Below, piece after piece: positions 51,731 through 64,000 of a stretch of 64,000 bases of DNA (positions within the stretch are counted from its first letter, which is position 1; each line of letters opens with the position of its first letter). Below the pieces are notes generated by a model. It did no database searches. It had not been told where the DNA came from and worked only from the letters and a program-made list of their open reading frames with translations. The position numbers and the translations under genes are program-made. The stretch covers positions 7,936,001-8,000,000 of the forward strand of contig NC_043005.1 in the NCBI RefSeq assembly GCF_006345805.1. The letters are read 5' to 3'. The DNA is from Octopus sinensis. Its lineage: Eukaryota.

Positions 51731-51891
51731 ATGAAATGGATAAATGAATTATCTTGTTACGGATTATTCAATATTTAACCGATACCTGTGTAGCAAAAAT
51801 CACACCAGAAAAGACACGGTTGAGGTTAGAAAATAATAAAAAGGAATTTTGTAGAATCTTCGTTCGGCTCCATTTCTTCCCTTCACTATAT

Positions 51892-51923
<32 letters not shown>

Positions 51924-51938
51924 GTGTGTGTGTATATG

Positions 51939-51986
<48 letters not shown>

Positions 51987-52555
51987 CACACATATATCTA
52001 TATATTCTTGTATAAATAAACACACGCACTGTATAGTTTTTCTTCACTCGTTTATTAGTTTTTATTTTATTATTTTAACTACTGTCACACATCTATGCCC
52101 TTTTCAGCGACACTTTTCGTTTTCGTGTGTGCTTTTGCTCCACTTATTCCATACTGTTCTTCTAAGATATGTATCCTTAAGTGCGCATTTGCGTCCGTAT
52201 TTGTGTGTGCGTGTGTCTGTGTGTGCATGCGTGTCTCTGTGTGCGTGTGCATGCGTGTGCATGCATGTGTATGTGTGTGTTATTGTTCTTAGCAGAAGTA
52301 TGGCCTTCCTCTCAGGCCCATCCTCTCACCCCACTGTGCTGCTGTCCTAAGACCCGAAAATTTGGTATAGTTCCTGTATCTCTCTGTGTTTGTGTGTTTA
52401 CTTACGATGTTGCCATCGTGGTAGTTATTGTTGTTATTGCCATCCTTGTCATCGCCGCTGATGCTATCGTTGTAATTCGTGCTGTTGATATTGTTGTGGT
52501 GGCTGTCCGAAAAAGTGGACGTGAGTGCGATGCTGATGACAGGGGATATATATAT

Positions 52556-53725
<1,170 letters not shown>

Positions 53726-55343
53726 GTATAAATATAAGTTAAATTATATACATATATATATGTATATGTCAGACTTCAACACAGTTTCCATCTCCGACAT
53801 TACATTCACAAGTATTGATTAGTTTGAGGTTTGGTATGAGAACTTGCTGTATGAGGGGCAGCGATGCTGGGACTACAGGATTTTAAGATATTTTTCATAA
53901 CAATACTACTATGTTTGCTGGTGTTCATCATGTCTTCGTCAGTCGTGTATTTAAGATGAATTTGCTTTATCTGTTAACCAGGTTTCAGATTTCGATTACT
54001 GAAAGAAGACTTCTAATAGTATATCACCTGATCTACTAAAACTATTCAGTTTTGAGAAGGAAATTATAAATGCGACTATATTACATGTAGGTGCATAGTT
54101 TATCAACTCTTTGGTGACAATCGACAAAAACGACATTAATTCGAGCTTGCTACTCGACTATTCGTCTATCTCCACCACTTCTTATCTATTCTCACTTTTG
54201 TAATATATATTGATAAAGTATAGCAAAATTTGCTATTCTAACTTATCTCAGTACCAGATTACATTTTATTTCCATTCATTTGCTGTAATCATCAAATATG
54301 TTACATTAGAATATACTTTTCTTATTATTAAGGAACAAATATTACTGATTACATTTCACTCTTCATGGACAGCTTTTACATTCATTGATTTTTCACACAA
54401 AGGAACTTTATTCTCGAATTTCAAAGAAACATCTCCTTATCTCTTTCGTATCAGTAATAGATCGTCAGGTTATCTTCCTTGATCAACACTCTTTAACAAC
54501 TGTATATTAAAGGAAATTATAAGGAAGAAGGTATTAAGCACTTACTATCTTTATGTATGAAGATCAGTACAATATGACTTTTACATTAAATAAAATTCGC
54601 GTCTGTTCTTTTGAAACATGTTAGCTTCAAGCTTTCTTTGTGATCAGTTGAGAATTCACATTGATTGAATAGATAAAGACACATGCATTTCGATCTCGCT
54701 AAGGTGCCATGAGTACAGTGGCAATGACAAGGCCGTCATATTTACAAGACATTGAACTCATAATTCACGTGGTAAATGACAGGTATTAAGGAAGGAGTGT
54801 ACAGTCCATTGTTTAGAATGTAAGGAGAACTAACGGAATAGTGGTTAAATGAATTCCAGTTCGTTTAAGTAAGAAGAAATATCGATATTGCGATTATGAA
54901 TGACACGTGTAACATTTCTTCTATTTTACAGGACCACCAGGGCTGTTAAGCAAAACACCAATTCACTGTTAATTAAAGGATAATTGACAAATCTTAAGTA
55001 GAGGGCTGGTCATTACAGCACTAATGACTAGCCCCCATATAACTATATTATTTGTTATCATAGTTCTGTAGTAGTTATCTTTCAAACAGATGAAAAATAA
55101 ATGAAAAATAAACTCTTCATACATGCAAAAGTATTCTACTGCATGGGCATCCATAAATGCCATCAGTAGAAAGGCAGTGAAATCTCAAATAATTATTAAA
55201 AGAATATCCATTACAATTAAAAAAAAAAGCTTATCAAACTTGTTTAATAAGTTCAAAAGTCTAAGTTTCCCAGCAGAAATGATAAAATTTCAAAAGTTGC
55301 CATTTCTGTCACCCTTTGATAACGCAGATGCACTTTATATATA

Positions 55344-55427
<84 letters not shown>

Positions 55428-57463
55428 CCTTTAAATTAAAAAAGCCAATATTTGGACACTTGATCCAAGTCAAGTCTTTAAAATCAAAATATACTTCTAT
55501 TGAACCACTTCTATTTTGAAGTATGGACACTTTTTATAAGACCTAAAAATAATTACCAGGTTGTTTGTTTGCCAGTAAAATTCAAAACAGAACGTGGATT
55601 GTACATCCGACACGATACCAAATGTATAAAACATTACTCCTCATCTTTAAAGTATACAGGCATCTCGCAGTTATCTGGGCTAAAGACTTTGGAAACTTCG
55701 GCAAACTGGTGGGAAAAGTTGCAAGTTGGGCTCTCCTGATACCATCGCCAGAAATTTGAAGCGCGATAGTTATAGTAACAGAGAGGATCGCGATATCCGA
55801 GGAGATGTTGAGACGTCTGTTTAAGGGCCGCTTAATGATGATGGTTATTATAGGGCTCGTCATTTCAGGAGTGCAAGGCTGGTTATCATAGTACTATAAT
55901 TTATTATCATCTCAGTATTATGCAGTTGACTATCCACCACAATAAAGTATATCACCACGTAATGACATTTGCTCTCTCAGTATTTTACCATTGGTTATCA
56001 CAGTATTATGACATTGGATATTCAATAGTGAATGTCTTTGAACTAAAGTGAAAACAACAAAATGACTGAGTCGACTGCATGTGAAATAGCATTAAGAAAA
56101 AATGGCAGTAGAACGTTGGATGTTAGTCCTTGAACAACGAGAGAAAAACGAGAGAGAGAGGGAGAGAAAAAAGAGAGAGAGAGCGATAGCAGAGAGTGAG
56201 AGGATTGGTAGCAGATCAAGGGAATTATATGGAGTATGTCATGTGTTATCTATAAAAGAGCACAAATATCAGAACACACCAGGGTTTTAGCATCATTAGG
56301 TATCTTGAAGCTCCGCTTAACTTCGCCGCGATGTCATTACTCGTATTGTCAAATAACAAAATATTCATATCGAGTTTAACTGAAAACCTGAAGCAAATAC
56401 TAAATATTTCATTTCACTGAAATACAGTATATAAGCTGGAAACATAAACATATTCTAAGTGTGACAAATTCATTATAGATGTTGGTTCTGCTGTAATCAT
56501 ACCGCTATTCAGCTCATCGCGATTCATTTTAGTTAGTTCTTAGTTCTTAGAAGCCAAACGAAAGAGGAAAGAAAATTTCATCCTAAATATGAATTAAGCT
56601 TTAACGGACAAGGAAATAACAGAAAGTATTATTCTGAATGTGAAGTAGAAATGAAACCTAGTAGCGATAGCGAAAAGAAAAGAAGAAAAAAAATCTGTGA
56701 ATGTGAAAAGAAAGCTAAGCTAAACAGAGCCAAGGAAATATTCAATTGAATGCGAAATTAGAATCTAAGCTTAGCAGAGCTAACAACTCTGCTTGCTATG
56801 ATTAATTGACGGTCTGTTGGATATTCAATTGGCGTGTTAATGGAATTGGTCCAAGTATAGCGAGTGTGCCACAGACTTAATTAGATTACGTGTACAATGT
56901 GTTTGGAAACTGAAGCGGGGTAGTTATATTTCAACAGGCAAAAACATTTCTACGAATAATACCCTATAAACTGACTTTAAATCATTAAATATTTTCCTTT
57001 CATATGGAAAAACGAAGAAAGGAAAGAAAGAAAAACGATATTAGATATAATGAATACAGACATACAAACATATCCATACACATTGACAACTATGTGCATA
57101 GGTACATTTTTTTATTCATAAAATACTTGCAGTGTTTTTTTTTATTTACCAAGGCGGATTCCTCATAGGAGTGGGTAGCCACAATAAGTTCAAAGAGGCG
57201 AGCCCCGTTTTATACTCGGGTCAAGGCATAGAAAGCAACCCCCGATACCAGCAGCGGGGACCGACAGCATGTGCTGGTTTACTCCCACCGCATCATGCTG
57301 GTTCCGTACCCCTTTGAGCAACATCAATTCACTCATCCGTCCACAGACACACTCTAAACTTTCCTACCATTAATAAACTCTCTTACCTCTCTCAGTCCAA
57401 CACCTCGTTCCTCAGTCCGTCCATCCATCATATTTATATGTGTGCGCGCGTGTGTGTGAGTGA

Positions 57464-57516
<53 letters not shown>

Positions 57517-57521
<5 letters not shown>

Positions 57522-57626
57522 TTAGAGATAAAACCACTATTAGGCAAATCAAACAGTGAAAATCATAAGCCAATACATTTAATCCTAAATCTAATTTTTC
57601 CCTGTAAGTTTGGATTTACTCCCTAA

Positions 57627-57680
<54 letters not shown>
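57517..57680 (+). mobile_element. Family E (~110 bp) between (TA)n and (ATT)n
   Basis: Shares sequence with 36415-36475 and 53655-53725. Confidence 0.65.
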
Positions 57681-57687
<7 letters not shown>

Positions 57688-57889
57688 TATATGTATGTAT
57701 ACATGAACGGTATGTATGTATACATGGACGGTATATATGTATGTATGTATGTATACATGGACGGTGAATAAATTGTCATCTAAATTACACAAAAATGAAA
57801 ATAACACTGACAACTCAATTTAACAAATATATATACCAAAATTACTTTAAAATATCTTGAAATACTAAAGAGTAAATCTATTCTGTAAA

Positions 57890-58820
57890 ATCGCCATTGG
57901 TTGCAACTACGACCTCCAGACAACTTGGAATGTCCTGCAACTCTTCTGGACGGTTTCCTTGTTTAAGTTGAATCCTGCCAGACATAGGGTCTTCCAGCAG
58001 CCACCCGTTTGATCCTGCGCAGCATTACTTCAGGCACTTGATGTAGACTTCTGTGTTGAGTATGAGGTCGTGTGGGAAGATGAATGGAGGCATAACGTCG
58101 CCAACACTATTGATTACTCCAAACACCATGGTGTTGACTGGATGTTTGATTTTTATCACTCTCGGTACAGGTTTTGGGGACACGGCAAGGTAACAGTTGT
58201 TCTATGTGTTCACCATCTGATCCTGGCAAAAGTTTTCTCGTCTGAGAAAAACCAAAGCATCTTCAGTTGGAGGGGTTGCATGACTTTGTTCAAAAGCTCT
58301 CGTAGTGAGGTGTTTCCTTTTGTTCTTAATGGTTTGGGATAAAAAATTGCCCTTTCTCATTTTGGATAAGGAATACCGAATGTCTTTATGCACTACCTGC
58401 CTGATAAGAAACTCAGACACTCCTATGTCCCTGGCGATGGACCTGATTGACTTGGACGGATCGTTGTCAGTCATGGCCTGGATCTCACCAACAAATATAG
58501 GATCAGCGTTAGTTTTTCGACTGCCGTACCTTCGTAAAAACCATTAGCATCTTTTTGAATTCTCTCCACTGTCCTCAGATTGACACCCAACACTCTGAAA
58601 TGTTCGTATTGGAGTTTCCGGCGCGAATACCAAGCAGTACAGGATGTCGTTTCCAAATTTCTGGCAGAGTGAATTGAGTCATGGTGCTGTTTCTTTTCTC
58701 ACAGATGGTGCCAAACAGACCCTACTATATTGTGTAGTCGACAAAATCAAAAAGAAACAATGCGCATGCGCGAAACTAAAATTACAAAATGGCAACAATA
58801 TACCAATCGTACTCTACATA
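57890..58820 (-). pseudogene. maT/DD37D-type Tc1-mariner transposase remnant
   Basis: DPSKSIRSIARDIGVSEFLIRQVV (HTH), ..ENFCQDQMVNT, KHPVNTMVFGVI..GDVMPPFIFP..LNTEVYIKCL. 3' deleted; TIRs not confidently found. Confidence 0.78.
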
Positions 58821-59214
58821 TATGAGTGTATATGTATGTATGTATGTTTTCTATCTATCTATCTATCTATTCTCCTTTCTCTCTCTCTCACTCTCTATCT
58901 ATCTATCTAACTATATATATATTGCTGCCTCTCTTCCCGGTATTTAAGTTGTATGCTCAAATCACATGGAACTCGAACTTAACTTTCCTCTCTTTGCAAT
59001 CAATAAAATGAAGAACCAGTCATTTTGACGACATCGACTTACCTCCTCCCTATAGTTTTTTTGCAACATCAGAAATCATTGATTTGGCAGAAAACTCTGA
59101 GAGTGGCAGAAAACTAGCTGTAATTACAGTAATTGCTCCTAATCTTCAAGTTTAGATTCCGAATTACGAGTCAGGTATTGAAGTCGGTAGAAATAGTAAT
59201 CCCTATTGGTTTCA

Positions 59215-59573
59215 AATTTTGGCATAAGATTAGCTATAGCTAGTTCGGGGTAGGGGTCAAGTAGGTTATATCGACCCCAGTACTTATCGAAATACTGCTA
59301 AACATTTTACCCGGCGCGCTAAAGATTCTGGCATCCCGCCGCCGTAATAATAATAATAATCCTTTGTACTAAAGGCACAAGGCATGAAATTTTGGGGCAG
59401 TGGACTAGTCGATTACATAGACCCCAGTGTTTCACTGGTACTTAATTAATCGACCCCGAAACGATGAATGGCAAATTCGACCCCGGAGTAATTTGAACTC
59501 AGAACGTAAAGACGGATGAAATGCCGCCAAGCATTTTTCTCGACGTGCTAACCATTCTGCCGCTCACCGCCTT
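59215..59573 (-). mobile_element. Two SINE-A (A2) copies (59215-59345 deleted; 59357-59573 full)
   Basis: Head, B box, core and AAT tail. Confidence 0.8.
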
Positions 59574-60256
59574 GAAAAAGTAATAAATAATATCATCATC
59601 ACAATTCTTGAACATTGCTCGACCGTAGTACTGTAAAATTTCGAAATTTTTAATTTTTTAAAAAATTTCTGAATTCCAATGTGTTTATTTAAAATTTTTC
59701 TCACCTATACAAACGAATGAATCAGTTTGTTTTGGTAAGATTTTCCGTCAAATCCCCTACAGGAAATTTGACAAAGTTCATATTCTGTTTTGCTAAATTG
59801 TCACGTTTTGTTTAATTTGTTTTTGTCTATAAAAATGAAGATGAATCCCTTTGGAGAAAAAGTAATACTCATTAGGAACAAATATAACATAACGTGCGTG
59901 AAGTATTGTTTACTAGAAAAAAGCAGTGAGATACTAAGATACTACCACCACCACCACTACCGCCAACACCACTATCACCATCACAATCACAACCAACACC
60001 AATTCTTTAACCGCTTCTACAGTTGCAAGGAACAACAATATCACAAATATTTACTAAACCACAACTACTACTACTACTGCACCCATAAAAAATATATAGC
60101 AAAGCTGCGTCAAACAGTTCCCTTATACTTGCAGACCTCGAATCATTCAGAAAGCAACGATGCGCTTTTCTGTCAGCCCCGGTAGAAGTGTTAAATAATG
60201 CTAAGAGATTAGCTGTAAGTTATAGATGCATCGACACAAAAACTAGTTGCCATGTA

Positions 60257-61519
60257 CGAGGGGCGTTCAATAAGTAATGCCCACTTCCCATAGCAGTAGA
60301 GCAACGACACTTGGCACAGTTATTAGTCTTTTCCTACATAGGAACTACCCAGAGTTATGCATTTCTCCCATCGTTTGATACAGCTCTGGAGACCGTTTTT
60401 GTAGAAGACCCCAGCTTGGTCCTCCAACCGCGACGTGACTTCAGAAATCAAGGCTGCATCATCTGGGAAACGCTTTCCTTTCAAAATCAACTTCATGGCT
60501 GGGAAGAGGTGAAAATCAGAGGGTGCAAGGGGAGGAGTTCATAGCTGCACGCCTGTGCTTCTGATCTGGCGACACGCGAGTTGTGGACCGGAGCGTTGTC
60601 CTGCAAGAGGAGGATACCTTTGCTGATCTTGCCCCGCCTCTTGATTTTGATAGCTTCTCTTAATTTCCTCAAAAGTGAAGCATAATAGGCTCCTGTAATT
60701 GTGGTACCCTTTACCAGAAAATCTGTCATCACTACTCCGTCCTGGTCCCAGAAGACTGTGAGCATAACTTTGTCAGCGGAGGGCTGCACCCTTGCCTTCT
60801 TTGGAGGAGGTGAGTCACGGTGCTTTCACTGCATTGACTGGGCTTTAGTCTATGGATCATAGTGATGGACCCAGGTTTTATCCTGTGAGATCAGTCTTTT
60901 GAAAAATTTTGACTCATATTCTTGGCACATCTCCAAATTCATCCTCGAGCACTCGACGCGTTCTTGCTTCTGGAAAGGTGTGAGCAACCTGGAAATCCAT
61001 CTGGCAGACACCTTTTGCATATGCAAACGGTCATGAATGATAGTTTCTACAGACCCGGTACTAATCTTGACCTTATGGGCTATTTGGCGAATAGTTATGC
61101 GTTGACCTTCCAAAATGGCAGCCTCAACGTGACGGACAGACGTCTCATCAACGGCAGAAGGGGGCGACCAGATCTGGGAGCTGTTTCCACAGAGTTCTGA
61201 CTATGTTTGAATTCACAATGCCAGCGATTTACAAGGACATATGATGGGGCATGATCACCATAAGTTACTTTCATTTCATCAAAAGTCTCCCGTGGTGTGC
61301 GTCATTTCAAATACAAAAACCAGATCACTGCTCGACACTCAACAGGCTTCATTTCACACTTGACTCAGTTCAAACACCTGTAAATCAGAACCCACAATTA
61401 GTTCAGAGCTGTAATTCGCCACTTAATCTATAGAGATATAAATAAGTGCACATGCAAAATTTCAGCTAGATCAAACAACTGCAAGTGGGTCAGGCGCATT
61501 ACTTATTGAACGCCCCTCG
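60257..61519 (-). mobile_element. Near full-length mariner element (1263 bp; irritans-like by inference)
   Basis: TA at 60255-60256 and 61520-61521. 24-bp perfect TIR CGAGGGGCGTTCAATAAGTAATGC; homology extends further, with a 7-nt deletion on the left. Confidence 0.95.
60323..61352 (-). pseudogene. Mariner DD34D transposase, disrupted by stops and frameshifts
   Basis: MKPVECRAVI...RSGRP, KVSARWI.RLL, SQDKTWVHHYDP, KVMLTVFWD, LLLQDNAPVH, KRWEKCI...YVGKD*. Confidence 0.92.
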
Positions 61520-62306
61520 TAAACCGAACAAGCTGAAAAATATCCAAGAAACATATGGAGTCACAAAACTTCCAACTTCCATTGCCAAGCATTTCGAAAG
61601 AATTGATGTGAGGGTTACTCATGAAAATATAGGCAAGTTCTCAATCCATCGCCACCCCGAAAGAGTGGGGAATTGCTAGTAATCCCTTCCCACCTGGTGA
61701 AAAGACTTCTGAAGGTGAATGTGAAAGATGTCCCACCCTAAATAGATATATTGCGGATAATAGCCGTCATAAAAGGTAATGAAGATGAGAGGAGCATCCT
61801 ACACTGGAACTTATATCACGTGAGTGAATAGTCGGGTATTGATCTGAAATGACCTTATTCTGAAACGCAACTGTGGTTGATAGAAGACTGATATACCATG
61901 TTAATTAATTATTATGGCGCTGCGGCTTGACAATATGTGTCTGAGCTCCAATATCTTGTAGTCTCTTATGTTGCAATTCCGGTATTGTGCCAAGTGCACC
62001 TATTACCACAATTACCACAGGAATAATTGTTGCCTTACCACAATCTTTTCAACTCGCCGTCTTGATCCTGATTTTTTCTCAATTCTTTCAAATTTTTGTA
62101 TCCACTCTATTATCATATAGTATTACAAAGGCTATGATTTTACACAGTTTATTTTGTTTTCTTTAACCATGTCTGGTCTTCTTGCTGCGATAGTATAATC
62201 AGTTTTTATATGAAAATCTTACAATTTTTATTGTCTATCACAGTTCGTATTTATATCACTCACCGGCTATTTCGAAGATACACACTCAGTCAACAATTCA
62301 CACACA

Positions 62307-62992
62307 CTTTTACCTATACAGCCATGCCTGCACTTATACTCTTTTTGCGCTAGCCTACTGTATTCACCTGTTTCGAATTACATAATTTTATTATTTTAGA
62401 TTGTAAGTTAAAATATTCCAAGAATTAAATGTAAAGACAGTAAAATAATTACCCGCTGTCTTCTTGGGTTTATTTAATGAATTATACACTTTATCTCGAA
62501 ATATGAAGTTCTTGAATCGATAGGAATGGTGACATAGCAGGTAATGATTCCCAAAGAATAGATTTTAGGGACGGTTCTTTTAGTCAATAAACCTAGTTGC
62601 TCATTACATACATAAAAATATCTTCAATAGAGAAAAAAGAAAAAGAAGAAACAACTTTTACCTATGCCTGCACTTATACTCTTTTTGCGCTAGCCTACTA
62701 TATTCACCTGTTTCGAATTACATAATTTTATTATTTTAGATTGTAAGTTAAAATATTCCAAGAATTAAATGTAAAGACAGTAAAATAATTACCCGCTGTC
62801 TTCTTGGGTTTATTTAATGAATTATACACTTTATCTCGAAATATGAAGTTCTTGAATCGATAGGAATGGTGACATAGCAGGTAATGATTCCCAAAGAATA
62901 GATTTTAGGGACGGTTCTTTTAGTCAATAAACCTAGTTGCTCATTACATACATAAAAATATCTTCAATAGAGAAAAAGACAATAAGAAACAA
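62307..62992. repeat. 340-bp tandem duplication of unique sequence
   Basis: GCCTGCACTTATACT at 62326 and 62666. The copies are almost identical. Confidence 0.93.
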
Positions 62993-63334
62993 TTTGTTAG
63001 ATAAAAAGTGTAATGACCGGCAGCAAGACATTTAGAATATGTCACCGTGTATGTTAGATGCCTTCAAAAGTTGTAAGGAAAAATAATTTAAAAGTACTTT
63101 TTCCCATAGGAAAAAAAAAAGCAGGAAAAGAAACGTCAAGAGAAACTTAAAATGAATAACTGGAAGCAAGAGAACACAATTTCGAATGCCACTTTATACA
63201 TGACCAGTAAATCAACAGCGAGAAGTAAACACTTAAATATCGACCGTAACACGATACTGTAGCTGTTAGGCTATACAGTTTCAGCCGCCTCTAGGGCCCA
63301 GTGTGTAATTTGATCAGCATATAACTTTCTGATT

Positions 63335-63480
63335 CATGCTCAAGGCCAGAAAGTTTGAGTCGAGGGGGTTGATGGGTACCATAAACTCATGTATTTGACT
63401 GGAACTTTATTTAATCGATTAAAAAGGAAAAAAACAAAACATGGAAGACAAATTTGACCTAGGCACGTCTCTAACACAGA
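63335..63480 (-). mobile_element. Highly diverged SINE-A
   Basis: Remnants CAAGGCCAGAAA, ACTGG..CTTTATTTAATCGA and TTTGACCT. Confidence 0.5.
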
Positions 63481-64000
63481 TTATAAAGTTCTGGAACATT
63501 TAGTGCAAAGAATTTCGTCTGATGCTCTTTCGATTCTATCAAACTTTCACAAATTGCTCGTAAGTCAGTTTGCTATGAGAAAGAAAAGTAAAACGCTAAG
63601 GAGTGACCCATTAATCAAAGAACAAACTTACAGCGCTTTATTAAATTATTGTGATGTGGCAGCTTGAAACAGACGATCAAATTATTGATTAGCGGTTTCA
63701 ATTAATCAAATGTGACATTAAAAGAGGAGAGAGAATGGATAGTTGTGGTGTTGTGAACTTGATCCATTTTCCTGTGAGAATGTTATTAGACAATTTCCAA
63801 TTCACACCCCCTCAAAATCTGAAATTTCATACCTTACAAAAAACTGTCTTTTATTGTTTTCATTTTATTCCACTATTATGCATTAAATACTAGTCAGATA
63901 AAAAAAGATGACATATTTTTTTAAATACAGGTGTGATAATGAAGATATTTTTTAATGTAGAGTTGAATTAATGATGTTTTTTTTCATTCAGGTGAGATTA

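Noticed and set aside
54910-54990. Strong acceptor TTTCTTCTATTTTACAG|GACCACC
   Set aside because: All three frames stop within about 55 nt and there is no good donor.

Overview
AT-rich, repeat-dense eukaryotic non-coding DNA. The SINE families and the load of microsatellites are most consistent with an octopus genome; this is an inference from recognition, not a database result. No host protein-coding gene can be supported. Almost all ORF-track entries are microsatellite translations or decayed transposon frames. The window contains: (1) many tRNA-derived SINEs (an abundant family 'A' with a Meta-like core and two tail types, a CORE-type family 'B', and a family 'C'); (2) decayed non-LTR retroelements (R4/Dong, CR1/L2-group 3' ends, several Penelope-like elements); (3) DNA transposons (a near full-length mariner, maT/DD37D and Tc1 fragments, a Helitron Rep/helicase fragment, four non-autonomous Helitrons, MITEs and foldbacks). 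The most interesting signals are a tRNA-headed SINE whose 3' part carries a foldable minimal hammerhead ribozyme (50431-50733, with an inverted second copy of the tail, and a deleted copy at 6548-6796), a second hammerhead-like family with a shared core variant, a ~1 kb non-coding element bounded by ~205-bp direct repeats, SINE-A concatemers with a recurring junction, an inverted SINE pair sharing private mutations, and a 44-bp templated insertion copied from 3 kb away. Family labels A-E, H, L and P2 are my own. Coordinates were read by eye and repeat edges are approximate.
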